The notes beneath the pieces were generated by a model. That model worked only from the letters and a program-made list of their open reading frames with translations, did no database searches and was not told the origin of the DNA. A program made the position numbers and the translations under genes. From Zootoca vivipara (taxonomy: Eukaryota): a stretch of DNA of 64,000 bases. Below are positions 1 to 11,047 of the stretch, one piece after another; position 1 is the first letter of the stretch; every line of letters starts with the position of its first letter. The stretch is from NCBI RefSeq assembly GCF_963506605.1, contig NC_083282.1, forward strand, positions 95,232,001 to 95,296,000, read 5' to 3'.

Positions 1-575
1 TAAATACCATCTATATATCATCTTCCAGATATTCTCTTTCAAGGCGGTACATGCGGTAAATTTTAATATTTGATTCCATAGTTTCAACCACATATCATAT
101 TCAATATTATGCCCAAAATCTTTTGCCCATTTAATCATCACCTCTTTTGTCAATTCATCTTTTGTATACCATTCTAACAACAGATCATACATTTTGGACA
201 ATAATTTTGTTTTGCCTTCTAACAGCTCTATATGGAATTTGGACCTTTTATCCTCAAAACCTATCTTTTTATCTTTTGAGAATATATCATTTATTTGATA
301 GTATTGCAACCAACTAGTCAGAGAGTCTTTGATTTCTTCATACGTTTTCAATTTCCATCCTTGTTCTGATTTACTTAAGATTTTTTCATATGTTGGTCTC
401 TCCCCTTCCATATTGACCTTTTTTACTGTAAATACCTCCACTGGTGAAATCTACCATGGGGTCTTAGTCTCTAACAGCAATTTATTTATTTCCCATACTT
501 CAAACAGCGATCTTCTTATCACATGGTTCGTAAATCCTTTATGTGTTTTTTTCTTATCGTACCATAAATATGCAT
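1..575 (-). mobile_element. L1-clade LINE ORF2 fragment (degenerate)
   Basis: AT-rich; the minus strand reads LLLETKTPW*ISPVEVF...MIKWAKDFGHNIEYDMWLKLW, resembling the C-terminal part of squamate L1 ORF2; in-frame stop present. Confidence 0.7.
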
Positions 576-1485
576 ATTTTGTGTTTCAATTCTCTCCTCT
601 CTGTTGGCCGTTAAAAAGCGATACAAAAGACCAGGTGGCCAGGATATCCTTGAAGCCAAAACTCCGAGCAGAACTCCAAAAGTGAGTTTGTGAAGTGCAC
701 TTTTTCTCTGTGTGCCTTTTGGGAAGGTAGTTAGTTCAGAAAGCTGGTGCAACAGAGCAAAGGCTTTTTGTTTAAGTCTCACAGTCCAGTTAAAGGCCTA
801 AATTAGTGCGTGCAAACCCGGCGGCGTTTGATTTGCCAGAAGGATGGAAAAGGTTTGGGGAGAGGGTGATGAGAATGTGTTTTGGTACACAATACTTCTC
901 TGCTCTGAATTGCACCTTTAGAAGCTGTATTTCTCCCACCCACCTTGGGTTTCCACTTGTGTTTGCTAGGGGGAGATGGGTGGGGCACCCAATGTAGAGC
1001 AGAGGTGTGGGGAAATACAGGAGCCCCCTCTTTCATGAAGGAACGCCTGAAGAGAATAGGCAAGTGAAAAGAGGAGACTGTCCTCACACCTTGTGCCGAG
1101 AGCCTTCCTCTCTGCTCAGCAGCAGTTAAGCCCTTCTTGGGACTTCAGTTCTGGACATCTCACTTGCTAATTTCTAGCCTCCTGGACTTTTAGAGGTTGC
1201 CCCTTATACCAATCGATCGTGCCCCCTCTTCCATGTGACAGCCCTCAAGGCCTTTGAAAGTGGCTACCACATCTCCCCTCAGTCATCTCTTCTCTAGCCT
1301 AAGCCCATCCAACTGCCTCGACGGTTCCTCATCAGGCGTGGTTTCCAGACCCTGGATCACCTTGGTCGCCCTCCTCTGCACACATTCCAGAACATTTCCG
1401 CCTTACTGGCGAAGGGCTATGGATGGTTGGCAGAGCACAGGCTTTTCACGCAGAGGGTGCCTGGTTCAGTGTTATTTGTCTAATG

Positions 1486-1859
1486 CAGGGCCCCCAAACT
1501 ACGGCCCCCGGGCCGGATGCGGCCCAATTGGCCTCCCAATCCGGCCCGCGACGACCCCCGCCGCCCGCTGCCGCCGCCCGCTCTTACGGCGCACGGCGAT
1601 CTTCAAAATCGGCAAAAAATCGCCGAAAATCCTTTGTGCGCATGCGTATGGGCCTCTCCCGACCCAGAAGAGGTCATTTCCGATGCACTTCCGGGTCGGG
1701 GGAGGCCCATACACATGCGCACAAGCGATTTTCGGCGATTTTCTGCCGACCGTGAACGTGTGCGCATGCGCACGGGCGCGCACTCCCCTACCCTCCGGCC
1801 CGCCGCGCAGCCGGCGCGGCGGGCACCGGCCCGAAGCCCGGTAAGTCTGGGGACCTCTG
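1486..1859. mobile_element. Non-autonomous hAT (Charlie-type) DNA transposon with a long internal palindrome
   Basis: Imperfect TIRs CAGGGCCCCCAAACT / AGTCTGGGGACCTCTG; perfect 8-bp TSD GTCTAATG (1478-1485, 1860-1867); internal inverted arms 1609-1670 / 1688-1749. Confidence 0.85.
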
Positions 1860-2797
1860 GTCTAATGTATTCCCCTCCCAAAGGAACCCACAGCATCTGG
1901 ACATAGGGCTGGGAGACAAACACGCCCCCCTCCAACCCATCTGAAATCCTGGACAGCCACATGCCAGAGGTGCCTGAATTGTGCTCCGCAAATCGCAGCT
2001 TCGTCCTGGGGGTCCATGGCGTGACTCTGAAGAAGGGGGGGCTGTCCTCCCCCCCCATCTCACCTGGCTGCTAGGTAGGAAAGCAAGAGCCAGAGAGAGT
2101 TATGGGAGACCCAGAGACCAGCTTGGTCTGTGCCGGAGCCAAAGCTGCGAGTCCTGGAGAGGGCAGATCTGCTGGGCGGGGGGGGGGGTCAATGCTGTGA
2201 GCCCCTCCATCCTACACTCAGGTTGTAGGTGTGAATATCCAAGAGCCTGTATAGAGTCCTTAAGTGGGTTGCTATTGTTAGGAGAAAATAATAAGAGGCC
2301 AACCAGAGAATATTGAGAAGCAAAGCCGCTAGTAAGCCTTATCTTTATTAAACTGTTGCAACAGGGTGCTCACTCACCACACGCAGGAGGGAGAAGGAAC
2401 CCAAAACAATGGCGTGCAAGCCTTTATATAGACTTTTGAAATTGCCCACCCTGTAGCTCAAGACCACCCTCAAAACACCATACATATATCACAGAAGGAG
2501 GCGGTTTACAACAAAATTCCTGTCTGCCAGGATACCTGACAATGGTCACTGATTACATTACATGGGCAATCTGGCTATTCTTTTGTGAAGGTAAATACTT
2601 TAATTCTTGAATCCAGGTCACAGGCTGACCCTATTCATACACAAATACGCCCTAAAGACAGGTAAGCAAAAGACAAGGGAGGGGATTTCCCATTTGCTTC
2701 CTCCTTGCAGAGAAACATTTGAAGTCAATTTGGGAAAGTCAAAATGGTTTCAGGATTGTTCTTGTACTATTTCAGACACGTGGTTTACGTACTTATG

Positions 2798-2996
2798 TCA
2801 AATAAAAAATAAAAAAATTCCTTCCAGTCGCACCTTAGAGCATAGCTGCCAAGTTATCCCTTTTTTACAGGGATTTTCCCTTATGCTGAATAGGCTTCCT
2901 CGCAAGAAAGGGAAAACTTGGCAGCTATGCCTTAGAGACCAACTAAGTTTGTCATAGGTATGAGCTTTCGTGTGCGTGCACACTACCTGTAACTAG
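2798..2996 (-). mobile_element. Penelope-like element terminal-repeat fragment
   Basis: Shares ttccttccagt(c/a)gcacctta.agaccaactaagtt...ggtatgagctttcgtgtgc and cctgtaactag with the copies at 34724 and 56340. Confidence 0.75.
2841..2929. mobile_element. 89-bp hAT-type MITE nested in the PLE fragment
   Basis: 23-bp TIR CATAGCTGCCAAGTT(A/T)TCCCTTT with one mismatch; 8-bp TSD CCTTAGAG (2833-2840, 2930-2937). Confidence 0.85.
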
Positions 2997-3079
2997 TACA
3001 TACCGGTACTTCTGTGTTTGCCTTGTAAATTTATGAACATTTAATTTATGTATTTGAGACCTTAAATTCTTATAACACC

Positions 3080-3680
3080 CCCCTTGCATGCGCGGCTTGC
3101 TTTCCCCCCTGCTTCGCTCAGGCCTTTCGCACCTGGCATCTTTCTGCTGGGAGCCGCCCTGAGCTCTCCGGCCGGAGGGCGCGATGCCCCTTCAAGAAAG
3201 AAAACCGACGCAGCGCCCTCTGCCGGGCCATAGCCGCGCGACAGCCAGGGGCGGGAATCGCGGGAGGGTCACGTGAGCACTCAGGGCCCGCCCCTCTTCC
3301 CCTGAACGTCACGCGTTTCCTTGGCGACCGCGCCACGGCGCGCTTCCCTCCTGCTATTGGTGGCGAGGCGAGGGGCGGGGCCTGGCGAGAGCGACGGAGG
3401 AGGAGGAGGCGGCAAGATGGCGGCGCCCGGGGACGGTGAGGCGGGGCGCGGGGGCGGGGGTCTTGTGTGTGGGGGGGGTCGCCCCCGTGTCCCTCCCGCC
3501 GGCCGAGCGAGTGGGCCTCCCGAGCCGAGGCGCTTCTTCTTGGCGCTCGAAGCCCACCTTCGGGGCCCGAGGGACGCATCTCTCGCAAAGGCGCCTGCAG
3601 AGGCCGGAGAGAGAGAAACAGGCTCCGTTGCAGCCGGGGAAGGAGAAGGACGGGCGGAGGAAGATGCGCCAGGGAGCTGC
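3080..3680 (+). promoter_or_regulatory. ZSWIM1: CpG-island promoter and first exon of ZSWIM1 (donor after 3435)
   Basis: CpG-dense; E-box GTCACGTG (~3268), GC boxes, CTCF-like motif 3213-3226, YY1 motif CAAGATGGCGGC (3413-3424), donor G|GTGAGG at 3435/3436; matching acceptor ctctag|G at 5496/5497. Confidence 0.75.
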
Positions 3681-3820
3681 TGCTGCTGTTTCTCCTCCTC
3701 CTCCTTCCTTCTTCTTTTTCTTCTTCTCCTTCTGCTGCTTCTTCCTTCTTATTCCTCTGCTTCCTTCTTCCTCTTCCTCCTCCTCCTCCTCCTCTGCTTC
3801 CTCTCCTCCCTCTGCTTCTT
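3680..3820. repeat. CT-rich (CCT/CTT)n low-complexity tract
   Basis: Visible triplet repeats. Confidence 0.9.
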
Positions 3821-4228
3821 AGAATCATAGAATCATAGAATCATAGAGTTGGAAGAGACCACGAGGGCCATCCAGTCCAACCCCCTGCCAAGCAGGAAAC
3901 ACCATCAAAGCATTCCTGACATATGCCTGTCAAGCCTCTGCTTAAAGACCTCCAAAGAAGGAGACTCCACCACACTCCTTGGTAGCAAATTCCACTGCCG
4001 AACAGCTCTTACTGTCAGGAAGTTCTTCCTAATGTTTAGGTGGAATCTTCTTTCTTGTAGTTTGAATCCATTGCTCTGTGTCCGCTTCTCTGGAGCAGCA
4101 GAAAACAATCTTTCTCCCTCCTCCATATGACATCCTTTCATATATTTGAACATGGCTATCATATCACCCCTTAACCTTCTCTTCTCCAGGCTAAACATAC
4201 CCAGCTCCCTAAGCCGTTCCTCATAAGG
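3821..4228 (-). mobile_element. Young CR1 LINE, 5'-truncated 3' end
   Basis: (ATTCTATG)n tail; ORF2 C-terminus [24 protein letters not shown]...LEVFKQRLD. Confidence 0.95.
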
Positions 4229-5637
4229 CCCTCTTTCTTCTCCTCCTCCTCCCTCTGCTTCTTCCTTCTTATTCTCCTCCTCCTCTCTGTGTTCCTCCCT
4301 GCAGCCCTTCCTCCTCTGCTCACCTCGAGACATTAAAGCCAAGAGGAAAGGGCAGCAGCTTAAAAACACCCCACCCACCCGGTTTCCCCCCCCCCCTTGT
4401 TTTTATTGCCTCTGTGGCAGCAGCATTGGCCTGGCCGGTCAGTCATACAGTGCATCCTAAGTTGCTTTGGCTTGTCCTGGGCAAGATAAAGCCACAGACA
4501 AATTCAGAGAGTAGTAAAGATAATGTTCTAAGTAGGAGCCTAGGAAGCTGGCCTTCCAGGGGGCCTTTATCCCCACCCAGCCCTCCCTGGGGTCAAAGGC
4601 AGGGTCTCGTGCACACCCACTCTTCCCACTGGGCTGCAGCAAAGCCCCTTGTGTGCATTGCCCTTGTGTCACGGCAGAAGGCGCTTGGCTGCAGTTTGTG
4701 GCGCAGGAGGATGTGTGGCAGCTCAGCCAGGACAAATGGCATCTCTTGAGGCTCTTGGTAGAGATGCACCCAGACAGTCAAATCCTGTGTGGTGCTCCTT
4801 CGTAGAAGAATACAGTCGTATGAATGACCCTCCAGAAAGAGAGGAGTCCTCTGTTGGGCTGATGCCACTGTTTTGTGCAATTTCTGTGCAAGAGGGTACG
4901 TGCTCTTCTGTATGGCTCCCAAACGTTCGTATATGTAAAATAAAAAAACACTTAGCCCTGCAAATAAACAAAAACATAGCCCAACTGAAGGGACTGCCTA
5001 AGCAGCTTTGTATTTCAGCAGGAGAAATAGATGAGGCTCTGGTGACATTTTCTCCACCTTCCCATTGCACCTCCTTGCCTCTGATGTCATTGGGAGAACA
5101 AGTTGACCTAACTGGGCCTTCTCCTGGCTCTCTGTGGTTTTTTGTCAGCTCCAACTGCCTTGTGTAATAATGATGATAATGATAATAATAGTAATAATTG
5201 CGTAAACCAAAACTCTTTGTAAGCTGCGTTTGTAGAACACACTGAAAAATATAGATGTGAAGCTTGACTCTAAAAATACATTTTTTAAAAAAGGATGGGA
5301 AACACAACAGACTTCATTTAAAAAACCACACAATGTGCCTTTTCCATTGCTACTGGTACAGCATCTTCACTCTTTGGTGGGTTAAAAATGTTGAATTTGT
5401 CACCTTCTGGATCTCATTAGAAGGTCCCTTTACACACCAAAACAGAACCACCAATCGGGAGAACTGACTTGGCTTCACCCTTTTCTTTCACTCTAGGTCC
5501 TTCAGACGAAGCTTGGTCACTCTTGACCCCGGTGTAAGAGCAGCAGAAACTCGAACTCTTTCCCTGGCAGGCATCCCTGGGAAAAGCTCTCCAAGGCAGA
5601 CGTTCAAGAAGAGAGGCCACCCCGCCCCTGGGGAGCG

Positions 5638-7173
5638 ATGGCCCTGGAAACTGTCAAACAGCTCTTGAGCTTTGACTGTGGCTTGCTGGTGGCTTACCAA
5701 GTAGACATCATCTCCCAGCTGGACTCTATCAGCTTTCAGACCAGCCAAATGAGGGATGTCTTCTTACACCACCCTGAGGTGGTGCTCATTCATCGAACCC
5801 TCAACCCAAGGGGCAAGGCCCTCTACACCTTCATGGTGGACCAGCCTTTCATGCAGCTGGAAGGGGAGATGACCAGAGTGATCCACTTCGCAGTCCCCGC
5901 CAAGGAGTCGGCGGAAGGCCTGGCTCAAATGTACCGCACCTTCAAGGCCTTCAACCCCGAATGGAAGCAGATCAAGACCTTCCTCATTGAGCCGCACTTC
6001 CGGTGGGTGCCGGCGCTGTCAGAAGCCTTCCCCTCTGTGGACATCCAGCTGTCTGCCTTCCACATATGCAAACACTTGCAGTACAAGATCCAGCAGGATC
6101 CCTCCCTGGAAGTCCACACGGAAAGGCTGGTCCTGAGCGCCTTGAGGACCACCATGTGCGCCCCCAGCGAGAGCAACTTGAGGAAGCTGTACACCATCCT
6201 GCGTGGCTTTGTGAAGCCAAGCTGCTTGCCCCAGCCCCACAAGGAGTGGCTGCTCAATGAGAAGATCTGGGCCTTTCACCGCTGGCGGACCTGGGGCCAG
6301 TGCAGCCAGTATTTCAAAGACCTGGAGGTGGTCACGCACAGCTTAAGCCAGATCTTCTGCGTACGGCCCTCCCTGGAATCCTGCATCACCAAAATAGCAA
6401 AGACTTACCAGAAGGGTGCCCAGAAGAGCTGCACGGAGTCTGCGCCAGGCCCAGGCCCTTTGCTCAGTGAGAACGGCTCCTCCTCCACCCAGAACCTGCC
6501 GGTTCTTCACTCCTCTGCTGCAGACTCTCAGAGGCATCTGCTTCCAAGGGATTCTGCTCCGACCGCCACGCCGACTCCCCTGAAGCCGGCGGCAGGGGTT
6601 GCTGCTGAAGAGCCAGCCCGCGAGGCGGCGGCAGAGGTGACTTCCAGAGAGGCTGAGGAGCGGATCAAGCAGTCCTTGAGCGATATTTGCACAGAGCCGG
6701 CGGCCAGGCTGTGCTTGAACGAGTTTGCGGTTGTCCAGAGCTCTGTGCAGCTGATGGGGGACAACGGAGAGACTGCCAGCATGCAGATCCTGGAAGACGC
6801 CCAGACCGTGCGCCACAAGGGCCTCAGCAGCTGCCCGTGCCACTTCAGCCAGACCTTCCAGCTGCCCTGCCGGCACGTCCTGGCTGTGCTGAACTCCGAA
6901 GGGAAGGATTTCGAGCCCGGCAACATCCCAGCGCGGTGGCACAAGGGGAACAGTGTCACCCAAGAGGGACAGAGCAGCGCTGACGGGCTGCTGGAGGTCC
7001 TGAGTTGCTCGTGGGACGAGTTGTTGGACAAGTACCTGGCGGTGTCGTTTCTCACTGCAGAGATCAGCCGGCTTCTGAGCCAGTGCAGTCACGAGGAGTT
7101 TGATCGCAGGTACAGCACCCTCCGCGAGCTGGCCGACAGCTGGATTGGGCCTTACGTGCAGGTGAAGTTGTAA
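5638..7173 (+). CDS. ZSWIM1: Zinc finger SWIM-type containing 1 (single coding exon, 511 aa)
   Basis: Strong similarity to mammalian ZSWIM1 (HRTLNPRGKALYTF, SWIM finger CPCHFSQTFQLPCRH, C-terminus RRYSTLRELADSWIGPY); synteny. Confidence 0.96.
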   Translation: MALETVKQLLSFDCGLLVAYQVDIISQLDSISFQTSQMRDVFLHHPEVVLIHRTLNPRGKALYTFMVDQPFMQLEGEMTRVIHFAVPAKESAEGLAQMYRTFKAFNPEWKQIKTFLIEPHFRWVPALSEAFPSVDIQLSAFHICKHLQYKIQQDPSLEVHTERLVLSALRTTMCAPSESNLRKLYTILRGFVKPSCLPQPHKEWLLNEKIWAFHRWRTWGQCSQYFKDLEVVTHSLSQIFCVRPSLESCITKIAKTYQKGAQKSCTESAPGPGPLLSENGSSSTQNLPVLHSSAADSQRHLLPRDSAPTATPTPLKPAAGVAAEEPAREAAAEVTSREAEERIKQSLSDICTEPAARLCLNEFAVVQSSVQLMGDNGETASMQILEDAQTVRHKGLSSCPCHFSQTFQLPCRHVLAVLNSEGKDFEPGNIPARWHKGNSVTQEGQSSADGLLEVLSCSWDELLDKYLAVSFLTAEISRLLSQCSHEEFDRRYSTLRELADSWIGPYVQVKL

Positions 7174-7631
7174 CTGAGCTCAGGGGCGCTCCTGGGAGCA
7201 GAGCCTTGGGCTCGGCTTCTTGCCCCTTGCTGGTCTGCAGGAGCAGCCTCCTGGCAGGGCTCTCCTCAGAAGTGCCGGAGACTTGAGGTTTACATTTCAT
7301 TCCGCTCCGAGTGTCTGTGGGGCTCCTCCTTTGTGGGGGGAGCTTTGATGAGCAGCCCAAGATTTCTGCACACAACTGCAAACCTGTACTCTTGTTTGAG
7401 ACTTTGCTGGCAACTCAGGGGGGGCCTGGCATGACCTACAGACCTGTGAAGTCCACCCCCTCGTCTCTCTGCATTGCTATTCCTCTAAGTCAGTTGGTTC
7501 TCCATGTCAAAGGGGGCCAGGTGTGTCCCCTGAGTCCTTTTTTCCTCTCCCTCCCCCCCCCTTGATTATTGAAACGGAGCCCCTTGCTCCCAGCAAGAGC
7601 AGGACTTCTCTTTCGTAAAGGCAAGGTCGTC

Positions 7632-7637
7632 AATAAA
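7632..7637 (+). terminator. ZSWIM1 polyadenylation signal AATAAA
   Basis: First AATAAA after the stop codon, followed by T/GT-rich sequence. Confidence 0.65.
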
Positions 7638-8095
7638 CAAGTCTTTCCTGTTTGCCGTTTCTCAAGACCAGCCTTGAAATACCATTCGAAATCTAATTAG
7701 GAAACAGGGCAAGGCTCCTCTGCTGGGGCTCTGCCAGGCGGATGGTACTGTACCGGGTTCAGTGGAAGCGCTCTGTGGGCGTTGTGTCAGACTGGAAACT
7801 CTGGTGGCAAGAGCTCCAGGAAGCAGCTGCAGTTTGGGCTGTTAGGCGGAGAGCTGGGCTATACCTTCCGCTTGGTCCCAAGGAGCCTGGCTGGGAGGTG
7901 TGGGAATGGGAATGAAGGGCTGCCTGGGGTACAGTCCAGACAGGTGTTTGGAGGCTTGGGGAGGGGATCTGGCCAACAACCTGCTTACAGAAGCGGAAGC
8001 ACAGACATAAGCAAAGAGCCTTGCTTTTCACAAACCCTTTATGTTGACTTTTCAAAGCAGAATTAAGTGTTTCTCCCCGCCCCCGCCCCCCGCTC

Positions 8096-8910
8096 TCACT
8101 TCTCCAGCTGCGCCAGGAACAGAGGCAGGAGGCTCCTGTGGGTGGCCCTCTTCCTCTGCTTGTCCCCTCTCTTGCAGGAAGGCCCCAGGCGCTGCATCGC
8201 ATCCCACCTCCTCCTCCTCCTCTGTGCTGCCTCCACTTGGCCGTTGCCAGGCTCCAGGTTCTCTGCCACAAAGCACTGGGCAGCGTGGACCATGTCTTCC
8301 TCCCGCACGCCCGGCACGGGGACCGTGGGAATGCCTGCGATCATCATGGCCAGCGTCAGGATGCAGATGTTGGGGGGCAGGGGCAGCGGTGGCTGGGCCT
8401 CTCTGTCCTTGCCCAGCTTGGCCGACATCAGGAAGACCCCGCTGGGCAAGAATCCCCACCTGGCCAGCGCAAAGTCTCCCCCGGAGCTGCTGGCAAAGTC
8501 CTTGGGTGGCTGGCTGAGAGGGAGAGGGGGCGGGGGCGGGGGCGGCACAGAGGAGAGGAAGAGCCACCGGTCGCCTGTCTGCTCGGCGGGGTATTCCCGG
8601 TCCGGCCCCTGAGGGCACAGCTTCCTGCAGCAGAGGCCTCGATGTGGCTCCCACCTTTCTGGCGCCCCTTGCCCAGGTGTGCCCGGGGACTGGCAGGCTC
8701 CTCCTCCACAAGGTGGCTTGGCGTCCGGATCCAGAAGCAGCTGGGGGCCGCTGAGCTGGTGTGGAGCCCCCTGCTTGGCTTGCAGCTTCCTCCTCAGGAG
8801 CCCGATGGCAGAGGAGAGGCTCCCCAAAGCCGGGGTCTCCCTCGGCATGCCAGGGTAGAGGCTCGACGGGCCACTCGGTGCCATTTCGACCTCTCTGCTG
8901 CCGGATTCTC
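8096..8910 (-). CDS. SPATA25: Spermatogenesis-associated protein 25, coding exon 2
   Basis: Signature [25 protein letters not shown]; acceptor ttttggacAG at 8912-8911, phase 1 and in frame with exon 1. Confidence 0.9.
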
Positions 8911-9935
8911 CTGTCCAAAAGAAAGGCGTGTGTGTTGGGGGGGGGCACCAATTGGAGTGTCTGTGGCACTTTGCAGAGGTGGATTGGCAGGAGGGGGTGT
9001 GAGGAGGACAACTTGGGGGCTCTGGTTCTCAGGCTAAATTGAAGGCGGGGTGAATTGAGGTTGCTAAATTCCTTCCATGCCCTCGATACCAATTTCCCTT
9101 GCCCACACACTCACTGCCTCCTGGTGCTGAGTAATCTATTTCCCAAGAGGAAGATAAACTGGAGCGAGAATCGAGCTGTAATTTTCATTCCATGGGTTCC
9201 CTGCTTCCCACTCCACCCCAGAAGCAACCAGAGAGCTTAGAAGATGGTTCCGTGTGGCCCATATCAGCTGCACCCCCCCCCGGCCTGCCTCTCCCTCGGG
9301 GCCTCATCCCTGTAGCGCTGGGACCTGTTCTCTGGCCTTGTCAAAGAGGTGTTTGGCAGCGGAATGGACCACCTCAGAAGGTGGTGGACTCTTGTCCATT
9401 GGAGGTTTTCATCCCTGTCCACCTGCCAGGGATTATTGGGCTGTGATTCCTGCATTGTGGGGGGTGGGGGGGTGGAGCAGGTGACCATTGGGAGTCCCTT
9501 CCAACTCTACTTCTGTGAGTCTAAGAGGACAGCCACCCATCTCTGGGGTGGCATGAAGAGCTCCCTCCACACACCAATTCAGGGGGTGGGGAACACACGG
9601 GTGGAAGTAGAGGAAGATTTGTTCAAGCTGTGCTTCTGTCCCAGACGAAATGCGGTTTGTGCAGGACACATGAGGGTTGTGGGGAGGGGGCTGCCCAGGC
9701 AAGGAGCACTGCTTCTGAAGGGGTGGGGGGAGAGGAGGGGGCAAGGGGGCTGGAAGTGGGACTCTGCATTTTCCATGGTACAACTAACTGGCAACTTGAG
9801 TAAGCAACCCTCTTCATCACAGGCATTTTGTTCTGCTTGGGGGACCCGGTCCCATTGGAGCTTGAGGGCAGGGGCCTCCCAGAGCAGGGGGTTGTCTGCA
9901 CAAACCTCCTCGGGGGACGAAAGGGGAGCCGTTAC

Positions 9936-9993
9936 CTGGACTTGGAGATGAAAAGAAGCTTGTGGAAGGTTTCCCCATCCCATAATAGGACAT
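9936..9993 (-). CDS. SPATA25: SPATA25 coding exon 1 (MSYYGMGKPSTSFFSSPSP-G)
   Basis: ACCATG start; MSY N-terminus as in mammals; donor CAG|GTAAC, phase 1. Confidence 0.8.
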
Positions 9994-10238
9994 GGTGTCC
10001 GCTGAGAGCTGGCCTGTGCCTGCTGTGGTTGCCTCAGTGCTGTGCCTGTCCTGAACTCTCTCCATTCTAGAACCAGCATCACAGGGCTGGGCCCTTACCT
10101 CACACAGAGCCCCTGGGCAGCCTTGCCCCTCGACTGCTCCAAGGAGTTGGGACCCCTTGGCTCAATGGCAGAGGGAGGGGGGAGTCTGGTGAAGCGGGCA
10201 GGTTGCTAAGCCTCTTCCGGCCCCCCACATTGCCCCCC

Positions 10239-10625
10239 ATAAGTACATCAGGAGAGCCTGCTGGATCAGGCCAAGGGCCCATCAAGTCCAGCCTCCTGTT
10301 CTCACAGCAGCCGACCAGGTGCCCATTATGGGAATCCCGGAAGCAGGATCCGAGCACAAGAGCAACTCTCCCCTCTTGCGGTTTCCAGCAGCTGGCATTC
10401 AGAAGCATCGCTGCCTCCTGTGGGAGTGAGTTCCATAGGTTATGTGCTGTGTGAAGAAATTATTTATTTTCCCAGTCCTGAATCTTCATGGGATGCTCGC
10501 AGATTCTAGTGTTAGCCGAGATGGGGAGAAACCTTTCTCTCCTTTTCTTCATGCACGATGCCTCTTCCCTGCGTTTTCTCTAAACTAAAAAGTCCCAAAC
10601 ACTGAAGCCGTTCTCCACCCCCCTT
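10239..10625 (-). mobile_element. Old CR1 3' fragment (gagcctgctggatcaggcc family; many further copies, e.g. ~13500, 19000-19260, 31900-32380, 34030-34200, 38060-38200, 42780-42930, 46720-46975, 53450-53670)
   Basis: Recurrent diverged motif agagcctgctggatcaggcca...ccatc(t/a)agtccagc. Confidence 0.65.
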
Positions 10626-10780
10626 GATTGTTTCATTGCCATTTAGGCTGCCATTTATGCACTGCAGTATCGGGGCAATAAAACCAAGCCTCCCTCACCT
10701 GCTGCATAACCAGGAGAGAAAGGGAGCTGAGGCTGCAGGAAATGGACACACCCAGGACTTGTTGCTGTTCTAAGGCAGCT

Positions 10781-10786
10781 TTTATT
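10781..10786 (-). terminator. Probable NEURL2 polyadenylation signal AATAAA
   Basis: TTTATT on the + strand about 880 nt past the NEURL2 stop. Confidence 0.55.
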
Positions 10787-10925
10787 AAACTGGCATGACT
10801 TCCATGAAGCCTAGTGTGCTGTGTTGCCACCCTTTCCCCACACCAGCGACATCCTCTGGGCCTTGGAGTTCACGTCACAGAAAGGTCTACCTAGTGCATT
10901 TCTCCTGTAAACACATTACAGTGAT

Positions 10926-11047
10926 AGTTACAGGTAGGTAGCCGGGTTGGTCTGAAGCAGTTAAAAAAAAATTTAAAAATCCTTCCAGTAGCACCTTAGT
11001 TGGTCTCTAAGAGGTGCTACTGGAAGGATTTTTTAAATTTTGTTTTG
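10926..11047. mobile_element. 122-bp hairpin mini-insertion derived from the PLE 3' terminus
   Basis: 13-bp TSD ACATTACAGTGAT (10913-10925, 11048-11060); inverted arms aaaaatccttccagtagcacct / aggtgctactggaaggattttt. Confidence 0.85.

Larger units (their letters stand above)
2276..3077 (-). mobile_element. Possible solo LTR carrying nested insertions
   Basis: TGTTA...TAACA termini; minus-strand TATATAAA (~2422-2430) followed by AATAAA (~2344-2349); no TSD found. Confidence 0.4.

Noticed and set aside
3118-3838. Poly-E, poly-S and poly-L ORFs near the ZSWIM1 promoter
   Set aside because: Translations of a CpG island plus a (CCT)n microsatellite
4400-5307. Minus-strand ORFs and an AATAAA inside ZSWIM1 intron 1
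   Set aside because: No recognisable homology or clear splice structure; the ORF runs through a microsatellite
8052-9110. 352-aa minus ORF and 299-aa plus ORF overlapping SPATA25
   Set aside because: Alternative frames of a GC-rich exon; only the 8096-8910 frame has the SPATA25 motif
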